Assembly: GCA_040389905.1 (NCBI GenBank)
Contig: JAZJZK010000003.1
Location: 1-64,000 of the forward strand
Origin: Gemmatimonadota bacterium
GTDB taxonomy: Bacteria; Gemmatimonadota; Gemmatimonadetes; Gemmatimonadales; Gemmatimonadaceae
Reading direction: 5' to 3'
Length of the DNA stretch: 64,000 nt
In this document: positions 56,504 to 64,000 of the stretch, in pieces
Layout of the letters: every line of letters begins with the position of its first letter
How positions within the stretch are numbered: position 1 is the stretch's first letter
Made by a program: the position numbers and the translations under genes
Notes under the pieces: generated by a model
The model's input: only the letters and a program-made list of their open reading frames with translations
Told to the model about the DNA's origin: nothing
Database searches by the model: none

Positions 56504-56628
56504 GAGACAGGGGACAGGTGACAGGCGACAGGAAGAACAAGCTTAGTCCATCGCACCGTCCGTGTCCTGTCCCCCCGCGGTTACCTGTCCGCTGACTGCT
56601 GACCCCTGTCCCCTACGTCCTGTCCCCT
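56492..56628. repeat. Inverted pair of heptamer tandem arrays (GACAGGN / NCCTGTC)
   Basis: Six units at 56492-56533; degenerate complementary units at 56565-56628. Confidence 0.85.
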
Positions 56629-56641
56629 ATTAAGCTCACGC

Positions 56642-57643
56642 ATGGCAACTCCACGACGCGACGCGTCCCGAAAAAAGAAGCAGACAAAGCCGAAGCGTGC
56701 CGAGCGGCTCGGCAAGGCGAAGTCGCCAGCCAAGCCCCGCACTCCGCGGACCGCGAGCGGCAAGCGAGGTGACGCAGCACAGCTCGCCGTCGCGCAGGCC
56801 GAGGCGCAGGAAGGACTTCGCGAGCGGACCGAAGAAGGCCACCGCGCAGCGGGCCGTACGCCTCCCTCCGTGACGAGCAACAAGCGACAGTCGGGCGCGG
56901 CACGAAAGGGTGACGACGACCTCCGCGACTTCGTTGGACCCGTCACCGAAGACGAGAAGCTCCTCCAGATGCCCGGTCAGGTCACGCCCGGGAACCCGTT
57001 GCGCGACTTCACACGCACCGACACCTGGCGCGTCATGCGCATCATGGGCGAGTTCATCGAAGGCTTCGACAACCTCGCGACCGTCGACCGCGGCGTCTCG
57101 ATCTTCGGCTCCGCGCGCACCGCGCCCGACGACCCGCAGTACCTCGCCGCCCAGGAAACCGCTCGGCTCCTCGCGGTGGCCGGTTTCTCCATCATCACCG
57201 GCGCTGGTCCCGGCATCATGGAAGCCGCGAACAAAGGTGCGAAGCAGGGTGGAGGCCGCTCGATCGGGTGCAACATCGAATTGCCGTTCGAGCAGGGCGC
57301 GAATCCCTACGTCGATACGCTGGTCAACTTCCGCTATTTCTTCGTGCGGAAGACGATGTTCATCAAGTACTCGAGCGCGTTCATCATTTTCCCGGGTGGG
57401 TTCGGAACGCTCGACGAAGCCTTCGAAGCGCTCACCCTGATCCAGACCGGCAAGATCTACCAGTTCCCCGTGATTCTTTTTGGGCGCCACTACTGGGCGG
57501 GCCTTGTACGATGGCTTCAGTCCCGCGTACTGGCGGAGCGCAAGATTTCTGCAGGCGACATGGACCTCATGCTTCTCACCGATGACCCCGCCGAAGCGGC
57601 CAACGCGGTGATCGAAGCTTTTAACGCCGTTAACAGGACATAG
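56642..57643 (+). CDS. LOG family (TIGR00730) nucleotide phosphoribohydrolase
   Basis: [39 protein letters not shown]. Confidence 0.92.
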   Translation: MATPRRDASRKKKQTKPKRAERLGKAKSPAKPRTPRTASGKRGDAAQLAVAQAEAQEGLRERTEEGHRAAGRTPPSVTSNKRQSGAARKGDDDLRDFVGPVTEDEKLLQMPGQVTPGNPLRDFTRTDTWRVMRIMGEFIEGFDNLATVDRGVSIFGSARTAPDDPQYLAAQETARLLAVAGFSIITGAGPGIMEAANKGAKQGGGRSIGCNIELPFEQGANPYVDTLVNFRYFFVRKTMFIKYSSAFIIFPGGFGTLDEAFEALTLIQTGKIYQFPVILFGRHYWAGLVRWLQSRVLAERKISAGDMDLMLLTDDPAEAANAVIEAFNAVNRT

Positions 57644-57644
57644 A

Positions 57645-58940
57645 ATGGCACCGACGAAGAAAACCGAGAGCGGCGCGCGTGAACGTGGGGGCTTCAAGAG
57701 CTCCCGACACGGCACCAAGGCCTCGGCAGCCGGCAACAAGAGCCACCAGAAGCGAGCGGCCGAGGAGCGCGAGAAGGCGGGCACGAAGCATACGTCGCAT
57801 GAGACGTCGAAGTTCCTGCAGGGCGGCCGGATTGCCCCGCGCCCGATCGATGGCACGGAGTCAGCCGCTGACCTCATCGACGGCACCTTCCTCGCCTACA
57901 ACGGAGCCCGGCTCCGTGAGGCGTGCCAGCTCTTCACGAAAAAGATGCTGGCGAAGGATGTCACGATCGGTATGACGCTAACCGGCGCGCTAACGCCGGC
58001 CGGATTAGGGATGGCAGCCCTCATTCCGCTCATCGAATCCGGCTTCGTGGACTGGATCATCTCCACCGGTGCGAACCTCTATCACGATGCACACTTCGGT
58101 CTCGGACTATCGATGCATCGTGGCAATCCGCAAGCGAGTGACACCGTGCTGCGCGAGGAAGGGATCGTTCGCATCTATGACATCTTCTTCGACTACGACG
58201 TATTGCTCAGCACCGACGCGTTCTTTCGGAAGATCGTCCAGGGTCCGGAGTTCCAGCGGCCCATGAGCAGCGCCGAATTTCATGCGCTCTGCGGCAAGTA
58301 CATCCGCGAACGGGAGAAGGCACTCGGTATCGGCAACAAGTCGCTGCTCGGTGTCGCATATGAGTGCGGCGTTCCCATTTACACCTCGTCGCCGGGTGAT
58401 TCGAGCATCGGGATGAACGTGGCCGCGCTTGCGCTCGAGGGAAACAAGTGCGTGATCGACCCCAACGCCGACGTCAACGAGACGGCGTCTATCGTCCTCG
58501 CGGCCAAGCGCGGTGGCGGCAAGAGCGGCATCTTCATCTGCGGCGGCGGTAGCCCGAAGAACTTCGCGCTCCAGACCGAGCCGCAAATACAAGAAGTGCT
58601 CGGCATCGACGAGAAGGGTCATGACTATTTCCTGCAGATCACCGATGCGCGCCCCGACACTGGCGGATTGAGCGGTGCCACGCCCGCGGAAGCGGTGAGC
58701 TGGGGCAAGATCGATCCAGACCGGCTCCCAGACGCCGTCGTGTGTTACCTCGACAACACCGTCGCTCTGCCATTGCTGACCGCCTATGCGCACGCGCGGC
58801 ACAAACCAAGGAAGCTCAAGCGACTGCTCGACAAGCGCGAGAAGAACATGAATACCCTGCGCGCGGAATTTGCGAAGGCCAACGGCGCTCATCCTGCTGA
58901 GCCGTCGCAAACCGACTCGAAGCTCCCGATGCATCGATGA
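57645..58940 (+). CDS. Deoxyhypusine synthase-like protein (probable homospermidine/polyamine synthesis)
   Basis: [38 protein letters not shown] (catalytic Lys retained). Confidence 0.9.
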   Translation: MAPTKKTESGARERGGFKSSRHGTKASAAGNKSHQKRAAEEREKAGTKHTSHETSKFLQGGRIAPRPIDGTESAADLIDGTFLAYNGARLREACQLFTKKMLAKDVTIGMTLTGALTPAGLGMAALIPLIESGFVDWIISTGANLYHDAHFGLGLSMHRGNPQASDTVLREEGIVRIYDIFFDYDVLLSTDAFFRKIVQGPEFQRPMSSAEFHALCGKYIREREKALGIGNKSLLGVAYECGVPIYTSSPGDSSIGMNVAALALEGNKCVIDPNADVNETASIVLAAKRGGGKSGIFICGGGSPKNFALQTEPQIQEVLGIDEKGHDYFLQITDARPDTGGLSGATPAEAVSWGKIDPDRLPDAVVCYLDNTVALPLLTAYAHARHKPRKLKRLLDKREKNMNTLRAEFAKANGAHPAEPSQTDSKLPMHR

Positions 58941-58972
58941 GAACGACAAGAGCGGCAGAACTGAAACTGATT

Positions 58973-59071
58973 TAACGCAGAGGTCGCAGGGAACCGAAAA
59001 AGCCGCAGAGGTCGCAGAGTACTTCATTTCAAGACGTTTGTCCTCTGCGTTCCTCTGCGACCTCTGCGGTT
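58973..59071. repeat. CGCAGAGG-family inverted-repeat element
   Basis: CGCAGAGGTCGCAG occurs twice, then CCTCTGCGTTCCTCTGCGACCTCTGCGG. Confidence 0.85.
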
Positions 59072-59131
59072 CAATGCTTTTGCAGTTCCTGTGGACTTTG
59101 ACAACAATTACTCGCAGCGGAGCGCACACCG

Positions 59132-59650
59132 ATGCCAATCGCCGACCTGCTTCTTCCAGAATTCGACAACGAAATCCGCGTCACGCGCACCGTGCTCGAG
59201 CGCGTTCCGGACGGTAAAGGCGAATGGAAGCCGCATGAGAAGTCTTTTCCGATGGGGCATCTCGCACAGCTCGTGGCGCGCTTGCCCGGCTGGGTCGCGA
59301 TGGTCACCGAGAAGGATGAACTCGACATCATGCCGAAGGACGGCCCAAAGCATCCCGGCTATTCCATCGAAACGACCGCGACGTTATTGGCAGAGTTCGA
59401 TAAGAACGCCACGGCGGGTCGCGAGGCGATCGCGCGGATGACGGACGAGCGCTTCGAGGAGCCGTGGCACTTCAAGCGTGCCGGCGTCGCGATGTTCACG
59501 CAGTCGAAGTATCAGGCGCTACGAGGCTCGGTGCTCAACCACCTGGTGCACCATCGTGCCCAACTCGGGCTGTACCTGCGCCTGGTCGGAGAGAAGGTGC
59601 CCCAGATGTACGGGCCGACGGCGGACGAAGGAAAGCCACCGTCGGCCTGA
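59132..59650 (+). CDS. DinB family protein
   Basis: WKPHEKS.PMGHLA, NHLVHHRAQLGLYLR, VPQMYGP. Confidence 0.9.
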   Translation: MPIADLLLPEFDNEIRVTRTVLERVPDGKGEWKPHEKSFPMGHLAQLVARLPGWVAMVTEKDELDIMPKDGPKHPGYSIETTATLLAEFDKNATAGREAIARMTDERFEEPWHFKRAGVAMFTQSKYQALRGSVLNHLVHHRAQLGLYLRLVGEKVPQMYGPTADEGKPPSA

Positions 59651-59653
59651 GCG

Positions 59654-60340
59654 TCACAGCCCCGAGGCCGCGACCTTCGCGAGTATCCCGGAGTTGGGCG
59701 GCGTCTCGATCACGAAGACCACCCGGCGGTTCAACTCTGCGCCGGGTTTGTCACGTGTGGCGCCCTGGACGACTGGCCGGGCCTTCCCCATCCCGATCGC
59801 CGTAATCTGTGCGGCATCGACTCCCTTGCCCGCAACGTACGTCTTCACCGCGTCCGCCCGGCGCTTCGACAGCTTCAGGTTGTAGCTTGCGCCACCGGAG
59901 GGATCCGCGAAGCCCTCCACGGTGAGGCGCGCGCCGGGATAGTGCTTGCGAACCACCGCCGCAAAGCGGTCGAGCGCCGGGAGGTCTGCCTGCCGCACCG
60001 TTGCGTCGTTGAATGCAAAGTGGACCGGCAGCATGAACTGGAGACCCTGCGCCACCTCGGCGATCTTGGCGCCGAACTCCGTGCGGAGGCCCTGGAGATC
60101 GCTGCGAAGCGCCGCCATCTCGCGCCGCGTTTCTGCGCGCTGGACACTGTCCGCGCTCGCCCGCGCCACGCGCTCGCTCTCGAGTGCTGCGCGTTGTGCA
60201 TCGATCGCGACACGCTGCGAATCGATCACGGCGCGCTGCGCCGCGAGTCCGCGTTCGAGGGCGCCATTGGTCGCGCACGCACTCAGAAGTGAAAGCGCCG
60301 CGATCGTTGAAACGGCGAGGGTCGAGGTCTGGCGGTTCAT
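59654..60340 (-). CDS. OmpA-like peptidoglycan-binding lipoprotein with coiled coil
   Basis: Lipobox LSAC; VHFAFND, VEGFADPSG, YNLKLSKRRADAV, NRRV. Confidence 0.9.
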   Translation of the reverse strand: MNRQTSTLAVSTIAALSLLSACATNGALERGLAAQRAVIDSQRVAIDAQRAALESERVARASADSVQRAETRREMAALRSDLQGLRTEFGAKIAEVAQGLQFMLPVHFAFNDATVRQADLPALDRFAAVVRKHYPGARLTVEGFADPSGGASYNLKLSKRRADAVKTYVAGKGVDAAQITAIGMGKARPVVQGATRDKPGAELNRRVVFVIETPPNSGILAKVAASGL

Positions 60341-60604
60341 CGTACTCTCCGGTCGTGCTGGTAGTTCAACGTGCCTCAATGCGATCTGGCTTGGTCCTGA
60401 CGGACGAGCCTGCTTTGTGGTAACGGCCATTCTCGGCGATTATCTCGAGCGGCGAGTACTGCGAATACTTTCAGCGTACCCATCCGGCAAACCCGACGCG
60501 CTCCCTCGACGATTTGCCAGCAGGATGAGCAATAGGTAGAATCAAAGTACGCGGCGCCCGACCCACGGTCGGGCGTCACCTTTTTATAGACGGTGGGAAT
60601 TCAG

Positions 60605-61087
60605 ATGATCGAAGCACTCAAGGCAAAGCTCGGAGAAGAAGTCGAGAAGCTCCAGTTCGAGCTCAATGTGACGCTGCCCGGCGAGATTCGCCGCGCCGTG
60701 GAGATGGGCGACCTGCGTGAAAACAGCGAATACAAGGCTGCGCTCGAGCGCCAGCAATTCGTGCGCGCACGCCTCAGCCAATTGCGCGAGCGGCTCAGCA
60801 AGCTGTCCTCGATTGACGTCACGCAGATTGCGACGGACGCCGTGGGTCTTGGTTCGAAGGTCGTCGTGGAAGACGAAAAGACCGGCCTGAAGGAGTCGTA
60901 TGCGCTCGTCTTCGGCGATGCCATCGAATACGAGGATGGCCAGGTCACCATGTCGTCACCGATCGGCCGGTCGCTGCTTGGCAAGAAGGTCGGTGAAGTC
61001 GCGCTGCTCAAGCTTCCGGCGATGGTGCGAAAGCTCAAGATCACGGAGCTGAAGACCATCCACGAGTTAAAGGAAGACGAACTGTAG
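60605..61087 (+). CDS. greA: Transcription elongation factor GreA
   Basis: GDLRENSEY, SPIGRSLLGKKVG. Confidence 0.9.
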   Translation: MIEALKAKLGEEVEKLQFELNVTLPGEIRRAVEMGDLRENSEYKAALERQQFVRARLSQLRERLSKLSSIDVTQIATDAVGLGSKVVVEDEKTGLKESYALVFGDAIEYEDGQVTMSSPIGRSLLGKKVGEVALLKLPAMVRKLKITELKTIHELKEDEL

Positions 61088-61126
61088 ACCGCAAGCTGAC
61101 CGCGGACAGCCCGGCCCGGCCAACAG

Positions 61127-62773
61127 TTACCCCGCGCTCGGGCCGGTGCCCGTGGTCGGTCCATTCCCGAACATGCGTCGTGTTTCCAAGTCGTATTCCG
61201 CGATGGCGTCGGCACACCACGAAGCAGGGTGTCCCAGCCAACGCGCAAAGGCCGGAGCGATCATGCGCGCCACGTCCGCACCGTGGTCTCGCGTCTCGAA
61301 TGCGATTGGCGTACGCCGGATAAGCAAGTCCCCGAGCGTGCATGCCAGTTCGTGCACGACGGCATAGCGCAGCTCAGCGAGCAAGTACGGTAGCTCGGAC
61401 ACGACTCGCACACGCATGGAGACGTCGGTTTCCACCGCCGCCCACACGGCGCGCCACGCCGACCCATGGGCACCGACCAACCGTTCGGCGATCGCTCTGT
61501 CGCCCGTGGCGGCAATCGCGTCGCCGATGGTCTCGTCGAGGTCGGGAATAGCACCGCCCGAAAGCGCCCACTGGGCGGTTGTACATGGCGTCGGTCGCAA
61601 TCCGAGTGCTCGCTCCACCGCATCGGTGACCTGTGCCGCCATCGACCGGTACGTGGTGAGCTTTCCGCCAGTGACCCGAAGGAGGCCGGGCACTGTCAAC
61701 GCGATCGCATACTCGCGCGACGCCGAGCTCGGTGTCCCCGCACGTGAGCCGCCGAATGCGGCCAATGGGCGGAGCCCAGCCCACGCGCTCACGACGTCTG
61801 TCCGCGCGAGGTGCGCGTCGGGGAAGTAGTAGTTCGCGGCATCGAGCAAATACGCGATGTCGTCCTCACCTGCGCGAACGTCGTCCGGACTCACCGTGTC
61901 ATACGTGTCTGTGGTGCCGATGATCGCGAATGCCCCTGCGGGAAGGACGAACATCACGCGCCCATCACTCGGCGCAGTCAACGTCAGCGCGGCGGAGTTG
62001 CCGATGCGGCCCCGCGGCACGATGATGTGCACGCCCTTGCTACTGCGCACGGCGGGTACGTCCTCCTGATGGGCGAGCGACTCGACGACATCGCTCCAGG
62101 GGCCGGTTGCGTTCACGACGAGGCGCGCGCGCACGTCGATTACCCGACCGTCGCCGCCGAGATCGGCGACGCGGACGCCGGTGATCCGTTCGCCATGACG
62201 TAACAGGGCGACCACTCGCGCATGGTTCACCGCGATGGCGCCCGCGTCACGCGCGGAGAGCACGTTCGCGAGGGTCAGCCGAGCATCGTCCGTCGAGGCG
62301 TCCCAGTAGCACGCGCCGCCGAGCAACCCCTCTACGCGGATCAACGGTTCGCTCGCACGGACGTCGCGCACGTTCATGCGTCGATGGCGCCCGACGTTTC
62401 GGAAGAGCGCGAGCGTATCGTACAGCGCCAATCCGACTGCGAGCTTCCATCGCGCGATCCGCGCGCCCCGGTACACCGGCCAGGTGAAGCGGAGGGGCCG
62501 GACAAGATGGGGCGCAATCCGCAGCAACGTGCGTCGCTCTCGGCTCGCCTCGAAGACGAGCGCCACGTGGCCACGCTCTAGATAGCGCACGCCTCCGTGG
62601 ACGAGCCGCGACGACCGGCTCGAGGTGCCGCTCGCGAAGTCGTTTTGCTCGACGAGCGCGACGCGGAGCCCACGCATGGCGGCGTCGCGTGCGACGCCGG
62701 CACCCGTGATGCCCCCGCCGATGATCACGACGTCGAATTCTCGCTGGCCGAGTGCGGCCACAGTGTCACGCAT
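61127..62773 (-). CDS. glpD: FAD-dependent glycerol-3-phosphate dehydrogenase/oxidase
   Basis: IGGGITGAG, DFASGTSSRSSRLVHGGVRYL, NATGPW, WAGLRPL, GGKLTTYR. Confidence 0.92.
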   Translation of the reverse strand: MRDTVAALGQREFDVVIIGGGITGAGVARDAAMRGLRVALVEQNDFASGTSSRSSRLVHGGVRYLERGHVALVFEASRERRTLLRIAPHLVRPLRFTWPVYRGARIARWKLAVGLALYDTLALFRNVGRHRRMNVRDVRASEPLIRVEGLLGGACYWDASTDDARLTLANVLSARDAGAIAVNHARVVALLRHGERITGVRVADLGGDGRVIDVRARLVVNATGPWSDVVESLAHQEDVPAVRSSKGVHIIVPRGRIGNSAALTLTAPSDGRVMFVLPAGAFAIIGTTDTYDTVSPDDVRAGEDDIAYLLDAANYYFPDAHLARTDVVSAWAGLRPLAAFGGSRAGTPSSASREYAIALTVPGLLRVTGGKLTTYRSMAAQVTDAVERALGLRPTPCTTAQWALSGGAIPDLDETIGDAIAATGDRAIAERLVGAHGSAWRAVWAAVETDVSMRVRVVSELPYLLAELRYAVVHELACTLGDLLIRRTPIAFETRDHGADVARMIAPAFARWLGHPASWCADAIAEYDLETRRMFGNGPTTGTGPSAG

Positions 62774-62862
62774 GGTCACAACTTTAACTCGAATCATCGC
62801 ACGGTCTAGCGTGCTCCCGTTGAAGTGGCCAACGTCCTCCCACCCTTCACCGGAACAATGCA

Positions 62863-64000
62863 ATGCAACGTCGCGATTTCCTGGCCGACCTCTCGCGCGC
62901 AGCGGCACTATGCGCCGTCGTCCCCAATATCTGGCGCGTCACCTCACGTCCGCGCTTCGCAGACGACCCATTTCTCCTCGGTGTCGCATCGGGCGATCCC
63001 ACGCCGGCGGGCGGCGTCCTCTGGACGCGTCTCGCGCCGCGACCGCAGGAAATCGACGCCGGCATGGATGGGCAACGCGTCGTCGTGACGTGGGAGCTTG
63101 CTGACGACCAGGGCTTCAAGACCATCGTGAAGCAGGGCAGGGCGACGGCGGCGCCGGAGCTCGGCTATTCGGTTCACGTCGACGTCGACGGCCTGCGGTC
63201 TGACCGCTGGTACTTCTATCGCTTCTCTGCCGGCGGCGCGACGAGCCCGGTGGGTCACTTTCGGACAGCGCCGGCAACGAATGCGGTCACCCCGCTGAAG
63301 TTCGCCGTCGCATCGTGCCAGCACTACGAGACGGGACTCTTCACCGCCTATGACCACATCGCGGAAGAGGAACTCGACCTTGTCACACATCTCGGCGACT
63401 ACATCTACGAATATGGCGCAACGCCGGGTCGCGTTCGCGCGCACAACAGCTTCGAATGTCGGTCGCTGGACGACTATCGGCGCAGGTATGCGCTGTACAA
63501 GTCCGACTCCGCGCTGCAGAAGGCGCACGCACGGTGTCCATGGATCGTGACGTGGGACGATCACGAAGTGGACAACAACTACGCCGGCATCGCCGGTGAA
63601 AACCTCATGGAGTCCGAGGAACAGATGCGCGCGCGCCGCGCCGCCGGATATCAGGCATGGTGGGAAAATCAGCCGGTGCGCGTGCCGCGGGCGAAGTCAT
63701 GGAGCGATCTCAATATCACTCGGACGATCGACTGGGGCAGCCTCGCGCGGTTCTTCGTGCTCGATGGACGCCAATACCGAAGCGACCAGGCGTGTGACGA
63801 TGGCAACAAGGTCGTACCCTGTGGCGACTGGGCCGATGCGTCCCGCACAATGCTCGGCATGCCGCAGGAGAAGTGGCTCACCGATGGGCTGACCGGCTCG
63901 ACGTCGCGGTGGAACGTACTCGCCAATCAGGTGATGCTGGCGCCCTACGACAACCTCGAAGGAGCGCAGCAGCGCACGTCGATGGACCAATGGAGCGGCT
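62863..64000 (+). CDS. phoD: Tat-exported PhoD-family alkaline phosphatase (runs off the window end; absent from the ORF track)
   Basis: ATG 62863 MQRRDFL...FLLGVASGDP...LWTRLAP, HLGDYIYE, TWDDHEVDNNY, LDGRQYR. Confidence 0.9.
   Translation, partial: MQRRDFLADLSRAAALCAVVPNIWRVTSRPRFADDPFLLGVASGDPTPAGGVLWTRLAPRPQEIDAGMDGQRVVVTWELADDQGFKTIVKQGRATAAPELGYSVHVDVDGLRSDRWYFYRFSAGGATSPVGHFRTAPATNAVTPLKFAVASCQHYETGLFTAYDHIAEEELDLVTHLGDYIYEYGATPGRVRAHNSFECRSLDDYRRRYALYKSDSALQKAHARCPWIVTWDDHEVDNNYAGIAGENLMESEEQMRARRAAGYQAWWENQPVRVPRAKSWSDLNITRTIDWGSLARFFVLDGRQYRSDQACDDGNKVVPCGDWADASRTMLGMPQEKWLTDGLTGSTSRWNVLANQVMLAPYDNLEGAQQRTSMDQWSG

Noticed and set aside
62625..63104. ORF-track calls near the right end
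   Set aside because: They are in the wrong frame; the real gene is the PhoD frame starting at 62863, which has no stop inside the window.

Overview
This is a high-GC bacterial chromosomal window with about 47 CDS. The gene-family mix suggests Gemmatimonadota; this is an inference. No rRNA, tRNA, CRISPR array, transposase or integrase was recognised. Housekeeping genes (argJ, lepB, queG, greA, glpD, phoD, LOG, deoxyhypusine-synthase-like) are interspersed with many secreted proteins and lipoproteins. Most notable items: (1) a 1474-aa secreted protein with a cohesin-like domain fused directly to a dockerin, an Ig-like domain and 621-bp (207-aa) tandem repeats that each carry a vicinal Cys-Cys; (2) a KaiA-less kaiC-kaiB-PAS histidine kinase operon; (3) an ECF42 sigma factor with a matching TGTCGA-N17-CGTC promoter upstream of a DGPF/YciI plus dihaem cytochrome c operon; (4) two membrane-anchored BTAD/SARP-TPR regulators, each beside a putative surface lipoprotein; (5) at least four families of intergenic palindromic elements, some nested inside each other; (6) a heptamer tandem repeat that puts an upstream TTG out of frame with a phosphodiesterase gene; (7) an RHH-PIN toxin-antitoxin pair with a palindromic operator. 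Products were assigned from motifs by eye; no database searches were run.
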